Assembly (NCBI GenBank): GCA_023248155.1
Contig: JAHFFE010000005.1
Coordinates: 29,057 to 93,056 of the forward strand
Source: Candidatus Omnitrophota bacterium
GTDB taxonomy: Bacteria > Omnitrophota > Gorgyraeia > 1-14-0-20-64-10
Direction: 5' to 3'
Length of the DNA stretch: 64,000 nt
Translations under genes and position numbers: made by a program
The notes under the pieces: generated by a model
Seen by the model: the letters and a program-made list of their open reading frames with translations, nothing else
Told to the model about the DNA's origin: nothing
The model's database searches: none
Shown here: positions 56,630 through 64,000 of the stretch, piece after piece
How positions within the stretch are numbered: the first letter of the stretch is position 1
Layout of the letters: each line of letters opens with the position of its first letter

Positions 56630-56840
56630 GCGTGAGCGATTCCGTGCAGGATAAGGCTGAGCAGGCACTGGAAACCCTGAGCGGGCATGGTTCTCCGCCA
56701 ACGGCGGAGAGAGCGAAGGGTTGACCGTAGTGCAGCGAGACTCGCAGGGGCGAGCAAGCGGCCTGCGAACGCCTTGCCTGACGGAAGCGTGAACGCAGAG
56801 AGGCAACACCCCTTTGCGGCTCTCGAATAACCGGCTCTAG
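56630..56840. repeat. Nested palindromic (REP/MITE-like) elements
   Basis: TCTCCGCC-AAC-GGCGGAGA hairpin inside CCCTGAGC...GCGAAGGG, inside TTCCGT...ACGGAA; ends in ACCGGCTCTAG, resembling the 23192 TIR end. Confidence 0.55.
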
Positions 56841-56841
56841 C

Positions 56842-57783
56842 TTAGGTTGATTGTGAAGGAATGAAGGGGAGCGGGGTGATTTTGGCGAGTGCCATGCCGG
56901 AGGCTGTCTGCACCATGCAATCCGAAATGTCCGCTCCATATTGTAAAAATCCCAGCGCGATCCCTTTTTGCAACGTCGGTGAGTAAGCGCTCGAGGTAAT
57001 TACACCGACCTGCTGAGAATTTGATAGAACCGGCGTTGAAACCACCGGCAGATCGGTTCCTTCCACCGTAAACCCGGCCAGTACTCGCGGCGGGTGAGCC
57101 CGGTATTTAATCCGCGCGACGATTTCCTGCCCGACATAACATCCTTTTGTGAAACTGACCATTTCTTCGGAGCCTAGTTCGTTCAGGATTGTTTGCGCGG
57201 TGATTTCTCGTCCGGGCCAGGGCACTCCGGCCTCAATTCGAAGCGCGTCGAATAATGAGAATTTTTCGGGAGTTGCTCCTGTTTTCTTGAGTAATTTGTC
57301 GGATCCATTGGCTGACATATAAAGATGCAGTCCCGGAAGCCCAAGAATATCCCAGCGCATCGCAAAAATAACGTCGGATCCCTCTGGAACATTCTTGCAG
57401 TGCAGCAGCGATGCGCCCGGCCAATCGAGGAATGGACATAGTTTTCTGGCTTGTGTCAGGCTGTCGGCGCCGTGAATGGCGGCCAGGCAGTAATCGTGGG
57501 AGGCGTCGCGGATTTCCACCGCTTCTGAAATCAGGTACTGTTCCAGCGCTAGTTTGGCCGGAACAGTGCTTTCGGGGGTGAGTTCCAGCAGCAATTCTTC
57601 GGGCCGCGCATGAACGATCGCGTAAAAAATAATTTTTCCCTGACGATCCAGCAGGCATGCCGGTTTCGCTTGTCCGGCTGGGAGCCCTTTGATATCATGG
57701 GTCAACAATCGGTGCAGAAAAATTACGCGGTCTTTCCCTTGAATGGAAAGAAAACCGCGTGGAAAAGGCACCCAGAGTCCCAT
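56842..57783 (-). CDS. ygfZ: Folate-binding Fe-S repair protein YgfZ (GcvT family)
   Basis: GKDRVIFLHRLLT, LRIEAG, SFTKGCYVGQE; ATG 57783 lies 6 nt after TGGTATAAT. Confidence 0.9.
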   Translation of the reverse strand: MGLWVPFPRGFLSIQGKDRVIFLHRLLTHDIKGLPAGQAKPACLLDRQGKIIFYAIVHARPEELLLELTPESTVPAKLALEQYLISEAVEIRDASHDYCLAAIHGADSLTQARKLCPFLDWPGASLLHCKNVPEGSDVIFAMRWDILGLPGLHLYMSANGSDKLLKKTGATPEKFSLFDALRIEAGVPWPGREITAQTILNELGSEEMVSFTKGCYVGQEIVARIKYRAHPPRVLAGFTVEGTDLPVVSTPVLSNSQQVGVITSSAYSPTLQKGIALGFLQYGADISDCMVQTASGMALAKITPLPFIPSQST

Positions 57784-57789
57784 AAAAAA

Positions 57790-57798
57790 ATTATACCA
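57790..57798 (-). promoter_or_regulatory. Extended -10 promoter of ygfZ (likely leaderless)
   Basis: Minus strand reads TGGTATAATTTTTTTATG. Confidence 0.6.
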
Positions 57799-57814
57799 TT
57801 TTATCGGAGCCGCA

Positions 57815-58114
57815 TTGGTCGACCTTAAACGGATTGAACGGATTGGCACCGACGCTTTGCGCGTCCACTGGGCCGATGGGCACGAAAGTTTGTATACCTG
57901 GTCCGTCTTGCGCGCGGCTTGTCCCTGTGCGATGTGCCGGGATTTGAAGGAAAAACCGCCGCCGGCGCTTCCTCTGGAGATCCAGCCGGTAGGCCGCTAT
58001 GCGGTGGCGATCCGCTGGGATGACGGTCATGCGACCGGTATTTTTTCGTTCGACTATTTGCGTTCTTTGTGTGCTTGTGAAGCCTGCCGTCCAACAGAAA
58101 TGGATGAGGGGTAG
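57815..58114 (+). CDS. DUF971/gamma-butyrobetaine-hydroxylase-N-like zinc-binding protein
   Basis: WADGH..Y...LRAACPCAMC, VGRYA.AIRWDDGHATGIFSFDYL, extra CACEAC; start uncertain. Confidence 0.8.
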   Translation: MVDLKRIERIGTDALRVHWADGHESLYTWSVLRAACPCAMCRDLKEKPPPALPLEIQPVGRYAVAIRWDDGHATGIFSFDYLRSLCACEACRPTEMDEG

Positions 58115-58123
58115 GATAATTTC

Positions 58124-59071
58124 ATGTTCATGACTGCGATGTGGGGTGGGCATCCATTGATCCAATGGATCGGTTTTAGCGTTTTGGTGATGGCCATGCT
58201 GGCCATCGACCTCGGGTTCTTTCACAAAAAAGCCCATGCCGAATCGTTGAAAGAGGCCGGACTCTGGAGCCTCGTTTGGATTTCCACGGCGTTGGTATTC
58301 AACGCCTGGGTATTCCATTCGTTCGGCCATCAGAAGGGGATGGAGTTTCTGGCCGGCTACCTGATTGAGAAAGCGCTCAGCGTCGATAACCTGTTTGTAT
58401 TCATCGCGATCTTTTCTTTTTTTGCGGTAGAACCGCGCTATCAGCATCGTGTTTTGTTCTGGGGAATTCTGGGGGCGCTGGCGCTCAGGGCTGTTTTTAT
58501 ATTCGCCGGACTGGCGCTGATCGAGCGGTTTCAATGGATTTCGTATCTGCTGGGACTGCTATTGATTTATTCCGGCGTTAAATTTCTGAAAGAGGAAAAC
58601 GAAGGCGAGATGCAGGCCGATGAAAGCGCGCTGGTTAAACTATTTCGCAAGTTCATTCCGATGACGGCCGATTATCGCGGCCAATCTTTTTTCGTGCATG
58701 AAAAAGGCCGTTTTTTGGCGACGCCTCTCTTATTGGTTCTGGTGGTGGTGGAGTTTACGGACGTGGTCTTTGCTCTGGATTCGGTTCCGGCCGTAATGGC
58801 TGTTTCCAGGGACCCGTTCGTGGTCTATACCTCAAACGTATTCGCGATCCTGGGCTTGCGTGCTTTGTATTTCGTGCTGGCGGGGATTATGCCGATGTTC
58901 GTTTATTTAAAGCAGGCGCTCTGCGCGATTCTGGTGTTCGTCGGTATTAAAATGATCGTCCATCATTATTGGAATATCCCGATCAGCCTGTCGCTTGGCT
59001 TTATCGCTTCCTGCCTGATTCTGGCGATTGGTTTGTCGATGCTGCACAATAACCGCAAGGCCTCTCTGTAA
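58124..59071 (+). CDS. terC: TerC/Alx family membrane protein
   Basis: EKALSVDNLFVF, QHRVLFWGILGA, DVVFALDSVPA, SNVFAILGLRALYF. Confidence 0.88.
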   Translation: MFMTAMWGGHPLIQWIGFSVLVMAMLAIDLGFFHKKAHAESLKEAGLWSLVWISTALVFNAWVFHSFGHQKGMEFLAGYLIEKALSVDNLFVFIAIFSFFAVEPRYQHRVLFWGILGALALRAVFIFAGLALIERFQWISYLLGLLLIYSGVKFLKEENEGEMQADESALVKLFRKFIPMTADYRGQSFFVHEKGRFLATPLLLVLVVVEFTDVVFALDSVPAVMAVSRDPFVVYTSNVFAILGLRALYFVLAGIMPMFVYLKQALCAILVFVGIKMIVHHYWNIPISLSLGFIASCLILAIGLSMLHNNRKASL

Positions 59072-59146
59072 TTAAGAGATAAATTCAGTTAATTTTAAAA
59101 CATATATCCTGATTTTGCTGTATACTTCAGTGAACCTTAAAAATTG

Positions 59147-61549
59147 ATGCGTTCACTCAAATTCCAATTTTTAAACCATCCTCTCTTAAGGGGAATAGCG
59201 TTGATTTTAGCGCTTTCCCTGGTTTTTTCTGCGCCTGCTTTTGCGTTGCGCCCAACGGGTCTTGAAGAATCAAAGTCAAAGATTGAGCTTCAGAATGCCT
59301 TACTCAATTCTTCTGGTTTGGAGGAAAATGGCTCTACTCGTAGGGAATGGATAGGGAAATTGGGCATAACCGGTTTGGTAGCACTTGTTTTTATATGGAC
59401 AGGGGTCCTCAGTTTTCGTGACATGGTTGGGAGAGATACTCTTCCCAACCCACAATTTGTTATTTCACCGCATCAACAAATAGGCCCTTTACCGGTTATA
59501 CAACCGTCTCCGAAGGATCTCTTGCGATTGAGTGACACGCTGGCGCAACAATTGGCAGAGGATCCCGGATTCTTCGGTTGGTTTGCGGGAGTCTCTGATC
59601 AGGAAGCGGCTCAGACTCAACAGGATATGGCTTTTTATATCCGGTATCTGGAGTACCGCAATCAATGGTTGTTGCAGCATCTGGCGCGTACTCAAGGGAT
59701 AAAACTTTCGGAAGAGGACCAAAAAGAGCCGATTGATCCGCATTATGCCGACTATTATAGGGATCAGATTTCCTCAGATCCCAATCGGTTGGAGCGTTTT
59801 AAAAGAACCCGTTCTGAAATATATCTGGACATTGCCGCACAACCTTTTCCGGATGCGATTGATTTTGAGGGAAAGATTGGTCTGGATGAAAGAGCGTTTC
59901 CGAGAAGTACTCTTCGGCTTTTAAATAAATTAATGGAACACAAAGAGCGGTATCTCTCTCTCGAAAAGAAACTGGCGACTGTCCCATCGGATCAGAAATT
60001 ATCCGTTGTTTTAAGCCGCCTGCCTGTTCTGTTTCGAATGGTGCAGGAGGGAGCTATTTCGACAGAGACGGCAACTGCCGAATTGAAAACCGCGCTCGGC
60101 TTGGTCGGAGCAGATAGGCTCTCTTCTTATTTTAGCGCGCTGATCGACTGGACTGCGTTGAGCCGCACAGAAAGAGACCCCAAAAAGATTCGGCCTGTTT
60201 TGAAAGAGTTGGCAGAATTGTTGCGGGCCGATAATTTCTTTCTGGATCCTTATCTGATAGCCCGTCCGCAGGACGAGGATCCTTATTGGGACAGTTTGGT
60301 TTTCAAGATAGTTCATGTAGGAAAAATCGGGGAGAAAGAGGTCCACTTCCTTCAGCGAATTCGCGGCGGATTATCGCGCGGACAAAAAATAACCCAGGCA
60401 GGGTACCATCATTATGCCTTGGGCGATCAGAAAGAGATATCGGTTGTTCTTATGGATCAACTGTGGGATACCGCCCAGCTTGTCAAAAGTGGAATTGATG
60501 ACGGGTCTTATGCCATCGTCGATTGGTCCGATTTTGCAAAAAGTCAGCGTCTTCAGACCGGCATTGCAAGAACGCTTCGCCAATTTGTACAGCAGGCTGA
60601 GTTGCCTTCCGATAGGCCATCTCTTTGGCGTCTGGCAGTTTATAATTCAGCGCTACATGAGCATACGCATGCTTTAGGGAATTCGAGCGAATATTGGACC
60701 AATTTGGTGGAGCTTGCCGTGGGGCATTCGGGAATGCAGATGCCGCACCTTCATAGCCAGATATACGACTCTGATGTGCCGCCGCATTACAAAAAGGCTT
60801 CAAATCAAATACTCGATGGTTTAAAAGATTGGAGAATTAATCCGTTGGAGGTTGACAGCGTTTCCCAACTGCGCGGTGGGGCGGGGGCTTTGTTGCGCCG
60901 AGAGGGTAGAAATCTTTTCGATTATTTTTCATTGCCGGCTGTTCAAGAAGATCTGAAACAGTTGAGAGAGGATCTCGAAAAAATTCCTCCGCCGAGAGAG
61001 TCGTTGTTGAACAACCTGGTTCAGGCCATATCCCCAAAGAAATCGGGTGCCGGACTGGAAGAGTTTTTCTTGGAAAGCGCTGTCGCGTGGCCGGAAGTCC
61101 GAAGTGGTCTTCTGCGGAAAGGATGGGTGGCCGTTCCAGGCGGATATCTTGTCGAAACCCGCCAGATTTCTTCTCAAGAGCCGTTGATTATGCAAACTGG
61201 TTTAGAGGAGCCCGGGGGCCTTCCTGCGAGCGTACCGGTTATCCGGACTAATGAAACGACAGTTGATGGGATGCTTATGTTCCTTCTGGAGCAGTCTGGA
61301 CAAAATAATTTCAATGTGGTTTTTTCAACGGCTTATTTCGATCTCGCGCAGGCAAGAACTGCCGTTCCATCCAGCGGGCTTAGACCCGGCTCTGTTCTTG
61401 TCAGGCCTGGATTGGCAATTCAGGCAAATCAGTTAGGGGCCGCGCTGATCATTTCGAAGGAAGTAGGAACGATTTATATAGTTCAGATGACAGAATTTAC
61501 CTCTCCCGATTGGGATGCGCCGCTGCTCTATATCCAGGCGCAGGTTTAG
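59147..61549 (+). CDS. Secreted GLEE-linker modular protein with an HEXXH motif
   Basis: Sec-type signal ending AFA-LRP; [TSA]GLEE at 59255, 59312, 61049 and 61196; TRREW plus hydrophobic helix after the second linker; ALHEHTH at 60650-60670. Confidence 0.8.
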   Translation: MRSLKFQFLNHPLLRGIALILALSLVFSAPAFALRPTGLEESKSKIELQNALLNSSGLEENGSTRREWIGKLGITGLVALVFIWTGVLSFRDMVGRDTLPNPQFVISPHQQIGPLPVIQPSPKDLLRLSDTLAQQLAEDPGFFGWFAGVSDQEAAQTQQDMAFYIRYLEYRNQWLLQHLARTQGIKLSEEDQKEPIDPHYADYYRDQISSDPNRLERFKRTRSEIYLDIAAQPFPDAIDFEGKIGLDERAFPRSTLRLLNKLMEHKERYLSLEKKLATVPSDQKLSVVLSRLPVLFRMVQEGAISTETATAELKTALGLVGADRLSSYFSALIDWTALSRTERDPKKIRPVLKELAELLRADNFFLDPYLIARPQDEDPYWDSLVFKIVHVGKIGEKEVHFLQRIRGGLSRGQKITQAGYHHYALGDQKEISVVLMDQLWDTAQLVKSGIDDGSYAIVDWSDFAKSQRLQTGIARTLRQFVQQAELPSDRPSLWRLAVYNSALHEHTHALGNSSEYWTNLVELAVGHSGMQMPHLHSQIYDSDVPPHYKKASNQILDGLKDWRINPLEVDSVSQLRGGAGALLRREGRNLFDYFSLPAVQEDLKQLREDLEKIPPPRESLLNNLVQAISPKKSGAGLEEFFLESAVAWPEVRSGLLRKGWVAVPGGYLVETRQISSQEPLIMQTGLEEPGGLPASVPVIRTNETTVDGMLMFLLEQSGQNNFNVVFSTAYFDLAQARTAVPSSGLRPGSVLVRPGLAIQANQLGAALIISKEVGTIYIVQMTEFTSPDWDAPLLYIQAQV

Positions 61550-61791
61550 CGGATAAGCTTGTTGATCTGGCGGGCTAGCGCGAAATCTTTTTGCGTGAGT
61601 CCGCCGGCGGAGTGGGTCGTGAGCGTCAAGCGGACCTTCTTGTAGCGGATGTCGATGTCGGGGTGATGATCGGCCTTTTCTGCAAGCCGTGCCACTTGAT
61701 TCACGAACCGGATGGCCGCAGGAAAACCGCCAAACTCAAACTGCTGTTTGATTTTTCCGTTCTTTCGATCCCACCCGGCAACTTTCTGCAT
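61546..61791 (-). CDS. phhB: Pterin-4-alpha-carbinolamine dehydratase
   Basis: AEKADHHPDI, LTTHSAGGLTQKDF.LA. Confidence 0.9.
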   Translation of the reverse strand: MQKVAGWDRKNGKIKQQFEFGGFPAAIRFVNQVARLAEKADHHPDIDIRYKKVRLTLTTHSAGGLTQKDFALARQINKLIR

Positions 61792-63263
61792 TAGTATTTC
61801 GCCATGCCCGGCTCGATATCATCGGCCCAGGCATCAATTCCGCCGTGCAGTGATTTGATTTTCTTGAAGCCGGCCGAACGCAGCAGTTCCAGCGCCCGCA
61901 TACTGCGCATGCCGTGGTGGCAATGCAGCACAATTTCATCGGCCGAATCCAATTCGCCCATTCGCTGCGCGAACTGGCCCAGCGGCATCAATTTGGCGCC
62001 GCCAATGCTGCAGATATCAAACTCGTGCGGCTCCCGCACATCAATCAATTTCAGTGCCTTGTTGGAGTCCATTCGCTGCTTGAGTTCTTTGGCTGTGATT
62101 TCCCATGACTGATTTTCCTGCTCGGCAGCCGCCTCGCCTCCGCGCGTGATGCCGCAGAACTGTTCGTAATCGATCAATTTCGTGATCGTCGGATTCGGTC
62201 CGCAGAGCGGGCAGGTCGGGTTCTTGCGCAGTTTCAATTCGCGGAACTTCATCTTCATCGCGTTGAACAGCAGCAGGCGTCCGATCAGCGGTTCGCCGTT
62301 GCCCAGAATAATTTTAATCGCTTCGGTTGCCTGGATCGTTCCGACAATTCCCGGCAGTATGCCCAACACGCCGCCTTCGGCGCAGGAGGGAACCAAACCC
62401 GGGGGCGGCGGTTCCGGATAAAGGCAGCGGTAGCAGGGGCCTTTCTTGGCATCAAATACGGAGGCCTGCCCCTCGAACCGGAAAATAGATCCATACACAT
62501 TCGGTTTGCCCAGCAGCACGCAAGCGTCATTAACAAGGTAACGGGTTGGAAAGTTGTCGGTTCCGTCGATCACGATGTCGTAATCCTTGATAATATCCAT
62601 CGCGTTTTCCGAGGAAAGCCGGGCTTCATGCGTTTCGATCGTGATGTAGGGATTGATTGCCTGCAGGCGCGCTTTGGCCGCCGCGATTTTCGGCTTGCCG
62701 ACATCTTCAGTGGTGTAGAGTACCTGCCGTTGCAGGTTCGTAAAATCAACCACATCAAAATCCACCAGCCCGATTTTTCCGACACCGGCCGAAGTCAGGT
62801 AAAGGCCGAGCGGGCTTCCCAGTCCGCCGGTTCCGATCAACAAGACGGAGGCGGCTTTAATTTTCTTTTGTCCCTGTACGCCGACTTCCGGCATGATTAA
62901 GTGGCGGCTGTACCGTTTTACTTCATCGTTTGAGAGTGTGACCGAATCGGCGGCCCCAGGTTCCAGCGATCCGCCGGCGATTGAGGGAACGATCGTCAGC
63001 GCATCTTTTTCGGAGACCGGCGTTTGCAGGCCCTGGCGCGTCCGGATGTCGTCATCGTTGATGAACAGGTTCACGAAAGAGCGCAGCTGCCCATCGGCCG
63101 CGTAGAGGTGCTGTTTTAATTCGGGATATTGTCCGACCAGCTGATCAAGCACTTCCTTGACCGTTGCGCCCGATAGCTTCAGCGTTTCCTGCTGTCCGAC
63201 GAACCGCTGCAGCGCCGTTGGAATATAAACCGGAATGAGATTAGAGCTTCCAGAATTCTTCAT
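61791..63263 (-). CDS. moeB: Ubiquitin-like sulfur carrier (MoaD/CysO) fused to MoeB adenylyltransferase and rhodanese
   Basis: N-terminal IPTAL...IVPSIAGG; RYSRH, GTGGLGSP, NLQRQ, PCYRC, CPLC; C-terminal DVRE, CHHGMRS. Confidence 0.88.
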   Translation of the reverse strand: MKNSGSSNLIPVYIPTALQRFVGQQETLKLSGATVKEVLDQLVGQYPELKQHLYAADGQLRSFVNLFINDDDIRTRQGLQTPVSEKDALTIVPSIAGGSLEPGAADSVTLSNDEVKRYSRHLIMPEVGVQGQKKIKAASVLLIGTGGLGSPLGLYLTSAGVGKIGLVDFDVVDFTNLQRQVLYTTEDVGKPKIAAAKARLQAINPYITIETHEARLSSENAMDIIKDYDIVIDGTDNFPTRYLVNDACVLLGKPNVYGSIFRFEGQASVFDAKKGPCYRCLYPEPPPPGLVPSCAEGGVLGILPGIVGTIQATEAIKIILGNGEPLIGRLLLFNAMKMKFRELKLRKNPTCPLCGPNPTITKLIDYEQFCGITRGGEAAAEQENQSWEITAKELKQRMDSNKALKLIDVREPHEFDICSIGGAKLMPLGQFAQRMGELDSADEIVLHCHHGMRSMRALELLRSAGFKKIKSLHGGIDAWADDIEPGMAKY

Positions 63264-64000
63264 CGAGATAACGAGAGCCTCCGTCGGGAAATATCATGAC
63301 AATGACGCCATGGTTGATTTTTGAAGCAAGCGAAAGTCCGGCGGCCATTGCCGCTCCGGATGAGATGCCGACCAAAATGCCTTCCTCCGATGCCAGCCGC
63401 TTGACCATCCGGTAGGCATCCTCGGTCTGAATTTCCAAATTGATGTCCGCGAATTTTGGGTCATAGATGCCCGGAACGATCGAGGTCTCCATATGCTTGA
63501 GACCTTCCAGCCCGTGGAACGGGGAATCGGGCTGAAACGCGACGATCTGAACGGCCGGGTTCTTTTCTTTCAGAAACCGGCCGGTGCCCATCATCGTTCC
63601 GCTGGTGCCCAGCCCGGAAATAAAATGGGTGACCTGTCCGTCGGTCTGCTTCCAGATTTCAGGACCGGTCGTCGCGTAATGCGCCTGCCAGTTGGCATCG
63701 TTGCCGTACTGATCCGGATAAAAATAAAGAGAGGGGTTTTCTTTGTGCAACCGGCGCGCTTCACGAATCGCTCCATCGGAACTTTCCAGCGGACTGGTTA
63801 AAACGATTTCGGCTCCAAACGCCTTAATGGTCCGGTGCACTTCGGGACTGGCATTGGACGGAATGCAGAGTTTGACTTTATAGCCCTTGGCGGCGCCGAT
63901 CATCGCGTAGGCGATGCCGGTGTTTCCGGAACTGGCGTCGAGCAGCGTCATGCCCGGTTTGAGCAGTCCGTGCTTTTCAGCATCGGCGATAATGTTCGCC
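63241..64000 (-). CDS. cysM: Cysteine synthase B family PLP enzyme (5'-truncated by the window)
   Basis: DASSGNTG, QYGNDAN, TTGPEIW, GLGTSGT, GISSGA, IFPDGGSRYL; frame open to the window end. Confidence 0.85.
   Translation of the reverse strand, partial: ANIIADAEKHGLLKPGMTLLDASSGNTGIAYAMIGAAKGYKVKLCIPSNASPEVHRTIKAFGAEIVLTSPLESSDGAIREARRLHKENPSLYFYPDQYGNDANWQAHYATTGPEIWKQTDGQVTHFISGLGTSGTMMGTGRFLKEKNPAVQIVAFQPDSPFHGLEGLKHMETSIVPGIYDPKFADINLEIQTEDAYRMVKRLASEEGILVGISSGAAMAAGLSLASKINHGVIVMIFPDGGSRYLDEEFWKL

Noticed and set aside
56506-56939. Short ORFs between nth and ygfZ
   Set aside because: They overlap palindromic repeats and show no recognisable motifs.

Overview
Bacterial chromosomal window, moderately GC-rich; the gene content suggests Candidatus Omnitrophota or a related PVC lineage, but that is inference. 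From left to right: (1) the 3' part of a giant ORF (>2618 aa, open past the left edge) built of unrelated domains, each separated by a short [AS]G[QL]EE linker; (2) a hopanoid/isoprenoid operon (ispA, dxs, shc, hpnH, hpnA, hpnG, ispH) interleaved with phosphonate-lipid-like genes (split TPP decarboxylase, AEP transaminase, cytidylyltransferase/CDP-alcohol transferase fusion, flippase-like protein); (3) a MITE-like element, then a type II secretion/pseudopilus operon ending in a secretin with a C-terminal TonB-like domain; (4) four tandem, mosaic, secreted S8 subtilases with FG-GAP, FN3 and cadherin-like repeats, one preceded by a c-di-GMP-I riboswitch and two by riboswitch relics; (5) lexA with a candidate new operator, an Lrp-type domain protein, nth, ygfZ, DUF971 and terC; (6) a second, signal-peptide-bearing GLEE-linker protein; (7) phhB, a ThiS/CysO-MoeB-rhodanese fusion and cysM (cut by the right edge). 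The strongest candidate for an undescribed system is the G[QL]EE-linker polyprotein family (two loci), possibly linked to the T2SS and subtilases. The phosphonate-hopanoid cluster and a covarying ~135-nt structured repeat are also notable. No rRNA, tRNA, CRISPR array or transposase was recognised.
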